Shown in pieces: positions 59,465 to 64,000 of a DNA stretch of 64,000 nt (its first letter is position 1; every line of letters starts with the position of its first letter). The stretch is from an uncultured virus (IMG/VR IMGVR_UViG_3300029787_000020) (lineage: Duplodnaviria; Heunggongvirae; Uroviricota; Caudoviricetes), in the IMG/VR virus record IMGVR_UViG_3300029787_000020; one strand, given 5' to 3'. Under the pieces are notes generated by a model that saw only the letters and a list, made by a program, of their open reading frames with translations, did no database searches and was not told the DNA's origin. The position numbers and the translations under genes were made by a program.

Positions 59465-59519
59465 ACCAGTGACGGAACTGTCACAAGACCCCCTCAAGGG
59501 GGTATTTTTATGCTATAAT
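59465..59519 (+). promoter_or_regulatory. Extended -10 early promoter preceded by two stem-loops
   Basis: GTGAC..GTCAC (59469-59484), ACCCCC..GGGGGT (59488-59503), TG-C-TATAAT (59511-59519). Confidence 0.6.
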
Positions 59520-59545
59520 ATATTCATAACGAACAAAGAGCATAC

Positions 59546-60717
59546 ATGCAGTTACGTCCACATCAGAATAAGGCATTGGAAGCAATGGCAAGACATTCTA
59601 AGGGTCAAATCATTGTACCCACTGGTGGTGGCAAAACTCTTATTGCCATTAAGGATGCTATAAGAAGACTTAATGGTCTTACTGATCCAACTCTTGTTGT
59701 AGTTGCTCCACGCATCCTATTAGCAGAGCAATTATCATCTGAGTTCTTGGAAGAGATTGAGAATGTATCTGTNNNNNNNNNNGTGGTGAAACACATCATT
59801 ATAGTACAACTAAGAGTGATAAAATTCAAAAGTGGGTAAGAAATACACAGGGAAGTAAATTAATCTTTACAACATATCATTCACTTCATAGATTAGTAGA
59901 AGCAGATGTTGTTGTAGACACAGTATATTTTGATGAAGCACACAACGCAGTGCAAAAGAATTTCATAGAGTCAGTTGATTACTTCTCACTACCATTTAAT
60001 TCTTTACGTTGCTACTTCTTTACTGCAACACCTAAGCACAGTAGAACACCTTTCAAGATAGGTATGAATGATAGTGATATATTCGGTAATGTTATCTGTA
60101 ATGTACCAGCACCTAAGTTGGTAGAACAAGGTCACATCCTACCACCAAAAGTAAAAGTATATAAGAGTGAGATAAGACAGAAAGATGAGATAACATTTGA
60201 TGTAGAATGTAATCAGATCATGGATAATATTGATGACCATGAGACTAAGAAGATCCTCGTGTGTGCTAAGTCTACCAAGCAGATCCAAGGATTAGTATCA
60301 TATGATAAGTTCCGTGACGAATTAGCATGGAGAGGTTATAATTGCATGTATATTACATCCAAAACTGGTGCAGTCATTGATGGTGAGAAAGTAACCAGAG
60401 ATGAGTTCTTTAATGTATTAAGTGCATGGGGTAAAGATCCTGATAAGAAATTTGTTGTATTACATCACAGTATCTTAGCAGAGGGTATCAACGTAAAGGG
60501 TCTTGAAGCGGTCTTGTTCTTAAGATCTATGGATTACATTGGAATATCACAAACTATTGGCAGAGTGATCCGTAAGGGTTGCGAAAATAAGAAATATGGG
60601 TTAGTATGTATACCAGTATATTCAAAGGTGGGCATCTCTACTGCACGAAAAGTACAGGCAGTTGTTGATACTGTATTTGAGAGAGGAGAACCAGCAATTT
60701 CTATAATAACAAAATGA
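59546..60717 (+). CDS. SF2 DEAH helicase (type III Res-like), one gene interrupted by an N gap
   Basis: LRPHQ, PTGGGKT before the gap; TTYHS, FDEAH, FTATP, LAEGINV, QTIGRVIR after it in one frame. Confidence 0.88.
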
Positions 60718-61160
60718 CTTCTTCCGTAGTTTTAGTCACAGGTGGATTTGATCCAATACATAGTGGCCATATTTCATTATTAAATTCAGCAAAACAAATA
60801 GCACCAATGAGTGCCTTGGCAGTTGGTGTTAATTCAGATGATTGGTTGACAAGAAAGAAGGGTAAACCTTTTATGCCATCTAGTGAAAGAATTGATATTG
60901 TCAGAGCATTGAAAGTGGTTGATAATGTTATTGAATTTAATGATAGCGATGGAAGTGCAAATCATGCCATTGAACAATGTTTACAAATATATGATAAGGT
61001 AATCTTTGCTAATGGTGGAGATAGACACAATGAAAATGTACCAGAGTATGATAAGTTTAGTGAAGATGAAAGAGTGGTATTTAGATGGGCTGTCGGTGGA
61101 CTTGGTAAAAAGAATAGTAGTTCATGGATATTAAAAGAGTGGGATGAAAGAAATAGATGA
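60714..61160 (+). CDS. Cytidylyltransferase (RfaE/TagD-like)
   Basis: TGGFDPIHSGH (HxGH), GVNSDDWLTRKKG, FANGGDR, KKNSSS. Confidence 0.9.
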   Translation: MTSSVVLVTGGFDPIHSGHISLLNSAKQIAPMSALAVGVNSDDWLTRKKGKPFMPSSERIDIVRALKVVDNVIEFNDSDGSANHAIEQCLQIYDKVIFANGGDRHNENVPEYDKFSEDERVVFRWAVGGLGKKNSSSWILKEWDERNR

Positions 61161-62095
61161 AAGACACTATTTTATATGGTGACTGTCGTAAGACACTATC
61201 AGCATTTCTACCACAGAGTGCAAGAATGTGTGTGACATCTCCACCCTATTACGGACTTAGAGATTATGGTGGAGAGGAGCAACAAATAGGACAGGAACAA
61301 ACACCCGAAGAGTTTGTAGATCAACTTGTGTCTGTATTCAGAGAGGTACGAAATGTATTAACTGATGATGGGACTTGTTGGGTAAACATAGGGGATAGTT
61401 ATTATAATTATAGACCTGGTAAAGGTCAATCATATCCAAAACAATCGGTATCTAAAACAAAACAAGATCTACCAGATAAATGTAACAAACGTGGGAACAA
61501 ATTACAGGGATTAAAAGAGAAAGATTTAATTGGTATTCCTTGGTTATTTGCTTTTGCTATGCGAAAAGACGGATGGTATTTAAGACAAGATATTATATGG
61601 CATAAACCAAATCCAATGCCAGAAAGTGTAAAAGATAGATGTACCAAGTCACATGAGTATATCTTTCTGTTCAGTAAAAATAAAAGGTATCATTATGATA
61701 ATGAAGCAATCAAGGAGCCAGCAAAGGATTGGGGAACCAGAGATAGAACTAATGGTAAGTATCATAATGAGGGAACAGGACTGCAACCACATTCAGGCCT
61801 GACTAAGAGTTATGCCAAGAAGAATAAGAGAAGTGTATGGTCTGTAACCAAGAAACCATACAAGGGAGCTCATTTTGCTGTATTCCCACCCGAATTGATT
61901 GAGCCATGTATATTGGCTGGTAGTAATAAGGGTGATACTATATTAGATCCATTCATGGGGTCAGGAACCACTGCTATGGTGGCAAAGAAGTTAGATAGAT
62001 ATTACTTAGGTTGCGAACTACATGACAACTATGGTGATCTAATAGAGCAAAGAGTATTACCATATGAGAACAGGTTAGAAAAGTTTTTTTCATGA
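61157..62095 (+). CDS. N4-cytosine/N6-adenine DNA methyltransferase (beta class)
   Basis: TSPPYY before DPFMGSGTT; IIWHKPNPMPES, HFAVFP. Confidence 0.93.
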   Translation: MKDTILYGDCRKTLSAFLPQSARMCVTSPPYYGLRDYGGEEQQIGQEQTPEEFVDQLVSVFREVRNVLTDDGTCWVNIGDSYYNYRPGKGQSYPKQSVSKTKQDLPDKCNKRGNKLQGLKEKDLIGIPWLFAFAMRKDGWYLRQDIIWHKPNPMPESVKDRCTKSHEYIFLFSKNKRYHYDNEAIKEPAKDWGTRDRTNGKYHNEGTGLQPHSGLTKSYAKKNKRSVWSVTKKPYKGAHFAVFPPELIEPCILAGSNKGDTILDPFMGSGTTAMVAKKLDRYYLGCELHDNYGDLIEQRVLPYENRLEKFFS

Positions 62096-63237
62096 AAAAA
62101 ATACAAAAAATAGCAATTGTAGGAGCTGGTAATGCTGCGTGTCTGACTGCTTTACATTACCATCTTTATGGTAGAATTATAAACATTGATACTATTGATG
62201 AAATTGAAATATATCATGATCCTAATGTTCCAATAGAAAAAGTAGGTCTAGGTTCTCAATTAAATGTAACTGATATTATTTTTGATGTATTAAATTTAAA
62301 TTGGTATGATAATCCTATTGATGCAACATTTAAAACTGGTATATTATATGAGGGGTGGGGTAAAAAACAAGATAAAATATTTCATCCTTTTTCTGGAAAA
62401 GGAAATGCAATACATTATATTCCACATAAATTATCTAAATGTGTATTAGAATCAGGTCATTTTAATGTTATAGAAAAAAGTATAAGTGATCCTGAGAAAG
62501 AGATAGATGCTAATTATATAATAGATTGTAGAGGTAGACATAATAGAGATAAGAGTAATTATGATACTCTTATCAATCCATTAAATGCTGTTCTTTTATC
62601 AAGTAAAGATAGTAAAGATCCCGATCTACATTACACAAGAACTGTTACCACACCGAATGGATGGACATTTGTGATTCCCAATAAGGATAGTGTTTCTTAT
62701 GGATACTTGTACAATAATACAATAACATCAGACAAAGAAGCAAAAGAAGATTTTTTAGAAAGATTTAATTTATCTGAAATTCATGATACATTAACTTTTG
62801 AAAATTATATGGCTAAAAATGTATTTGTAGGTAATAGAACTATTTTAAATGGAAATGCTTGTGGTTTTATGGAACCAATGGAAGCAAATTCCACAGCTTT
62901 TTTCCTTAATGTAGCAGAATATGCTTGGGATTGTATATTTGGAATTACACCTCCAAGTAAATCTAATTATTTGATTAAAAAAATGATGAGAGAAATAGAA
63001 ACTTTTATACTCTGGCATTATCAATATGGTTCTAAGTATGATACAGCATTTTGGGAGTATGCTAAATCACTTCCATTTTATCCTGATGAAAGATTTAGAG
63101 AATTAGTAAAAAATCCTGCCGATAGAGATAAAGTTCAAATGGAAATGCAGACAAAAGATAATTTTATTCTGGAAGAATACGCATATGGACAATGGGCAAC
63201 TCCCAGTATAAAAGTTTGGAAGGATGCTATGGAATGA
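62092..63237 (+). CDS. Flavin-dependent tryptophan-halogenase-like protein
   Basis: IAIVGAGNA, IIDCRG, GWTFVIP (WxWxIP variant), GYLY, GNACGFMEPMEA, FWEY. Confidence 0.75.
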   Translation: MKKIQKIAIVGAGNAACLTALHYHLYGRIINIDTIDEIEIYHDPNVPIEKVGLGSQLNVTDIIFDVLNLNWYDNPIDATFKTGILYEGWGKKQDKIFHPFSGKGNAIHYIPHKLSKCVLESGHFNVIEKSISDPEKEIDANYIIDCRGRHNRDKSNYDTLINPLNAVLLSSKDSKDPDLHYTRTVTTPNGWTFVIPNKDSVSYGYLYNNTITSDKEAKEDFLERFNLSEIHDTLTFENYMAKNVFVGNRTILNGNACGFMEPMEANSTAFFLNVAEYAWDCIFGITPPSKSNYLIKKMMREIETFILWHYQYGSKYDTAFWEYAKSLPFYPDERFRELVKNPADRDKVQMEMQTKDNFILEEYAYGQWATPSIKVWKDAME

Positions 63238-63716
63238 AAACAGTAGAAAGACATAATTATGATGGTAATAATATTATAAAAACAAGGAAACTTGTTTTTG
63301 AACCTTATGATTTTAGTGAACAAAATATGTGTTTGGTAATCGGATTGATACAACAAAATCTTAAACCTGAGTTACTCAAACGTAAGAAATTAAAGTATAA
63401 GGATAATCCTACTCAGTATTATGGACACTGTTATCATGCTACACAGGCACTATATTATCTGATGAATACAGATAAGTTAGTTCCTATGAGTGGTGAAGAT
63501 TATAGAGGAGAAAAACATTGGTGGTTGGAATATAATGGTAACACCTATGATTGCACTGCGGAGCAATATTGGACAGTTGGTGAACTGCCACCTTATGAGA
63601 GTGGAAAGAAATCAAAGTGGTATGGATGGAAACAACGACCACAACAAATTTCATTGGACTTGATGGTCAAAGTATTGGGAAAGAGATTGGCTCTTGACAA
63701 AACAACTAACCCATGA
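63234..63716 (+). CDS. Conserved hypothetical protein (papain/transglutaminase-like C-H-D pattern)
   Basis: YGHCYHATQALY..HWWL..YD.TAEQY; ATG at 63234 overlaps the upstream stop. Confidence 0.7.
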   Translation: MKTVERHNYDGNNIIKTRKLVFEPYDFSEQNMCLVIGLIQQNLKPELLKRKKLKYKDNPTQYYGHCYHATQALYYLMNTDKLVPMSGEDYRGEKHWWLEYNGNTYDCTAEQYWTVGELPPYESGKKSKWYGWKQRPQQISLDLMVKVLGKRLALDKTTNP

Positions 63717-63722
63717 TAATAT
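63694..63722 (+). promoter_or_regulatory. sigma70-type promoter
   Basis: TTGACA, 17 nt, TAATAT with TGn. Confidence 0.65.
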
Positions 63723-63799
63723 AACGAATATTGGAGGCGAATTGCTAAACAGCAGACAGCTTCCGTTTACAATATGCTAAACAGCAAGGAGAAAAATAT

Positions 63800-64000
63800 A
63801 TGTCTGTTACGAGACAGAGGGGTTTTGGCCCTGATCAGGTGGTTGACCGTGACCGATATAAAGGTAGGTGGACTAACGAAGAGTGTGAACGTCACACTAA
63901 ACGAGGAAGATTTCTAGGATTTAGATTTCTTGATCTAGCAAAATATGGTGGAGACTATCTCCATGAGGAATTATTAAATATTGCTATAAGAGCTGAAGGT
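63800..64000 (+). CDS. Hypothetical protein, 5' part (runs off window)
   Basis: SD AAGGAG; MSVTRQRGFGPDQVVDRD... open to the end of the window. Confidence 0.65.
   Translation, partial: MSVTRQRGFGPDQVVDRDRYKGRWTNEECERHTKRGRFLGFRFLDLAKYGGDYLHEELLNIAIRAEG

Noticed and set aside
59546..60717. Helicase as a split gene or pseudogene
   Set aside because: The frame change coincides with the 10-N placeholder gap; motifs are intact on both sides

Overview
This is an AT-rich fragment of a T4-like marine cyanomyovirus, most likely infecting Prochlorococcus (Prochlorococcus-type psbA C-terminus, psbD, pebS). In order, it carries: photosynthesis auxiliary genes with two small endonuclease-like ORFs; a first virion fibre cluster (4.1-14.2 kb); an early/middle block (candidate sRNA, glutaredoxin, a nitrogen-sensing leader, thyX, phoH, exonuclease, gp33, gp59, gp32); the T4-core baseplate block (gp53, gp48, gp2, gp4, tube-like gene, gp26, gp51, gp27-like hub, gp5); a second, larger fibre cluster (33.7-59 kb); and accessory enzymes (SF2 helicase, cytidylyltransferase, DNA methylase, halogenase-like flavoprotein). 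Two N gaps (287-296, 59773-59782) break psbD and the helicase. The main observations are: (1) an NtcA box, sigma70 promoter and tandem glutamine-II-like riboswitch aptamers upstream of a DUF4278 peptide, where the second aptamer holds a 56-codon ORF in its P2 loop; (2) a T-TTT-TTC slippery site that could fuse gp26 to a start-less gp51 ORF by -1 frameshift; (3) a free-standing ~100-nt sRNA with a perfect promoter and a terminator; (4) amicyanin-like type-1 copper motifs inside a tail fibre; (5) strong GGWCC avoidance at Gly-Pro codon pairs; (6) a duplicated three-gene fibre module whose repeat cassette sits in a different gene in each copy. All family assignments come from motif recognition by eye; no database searches were run.
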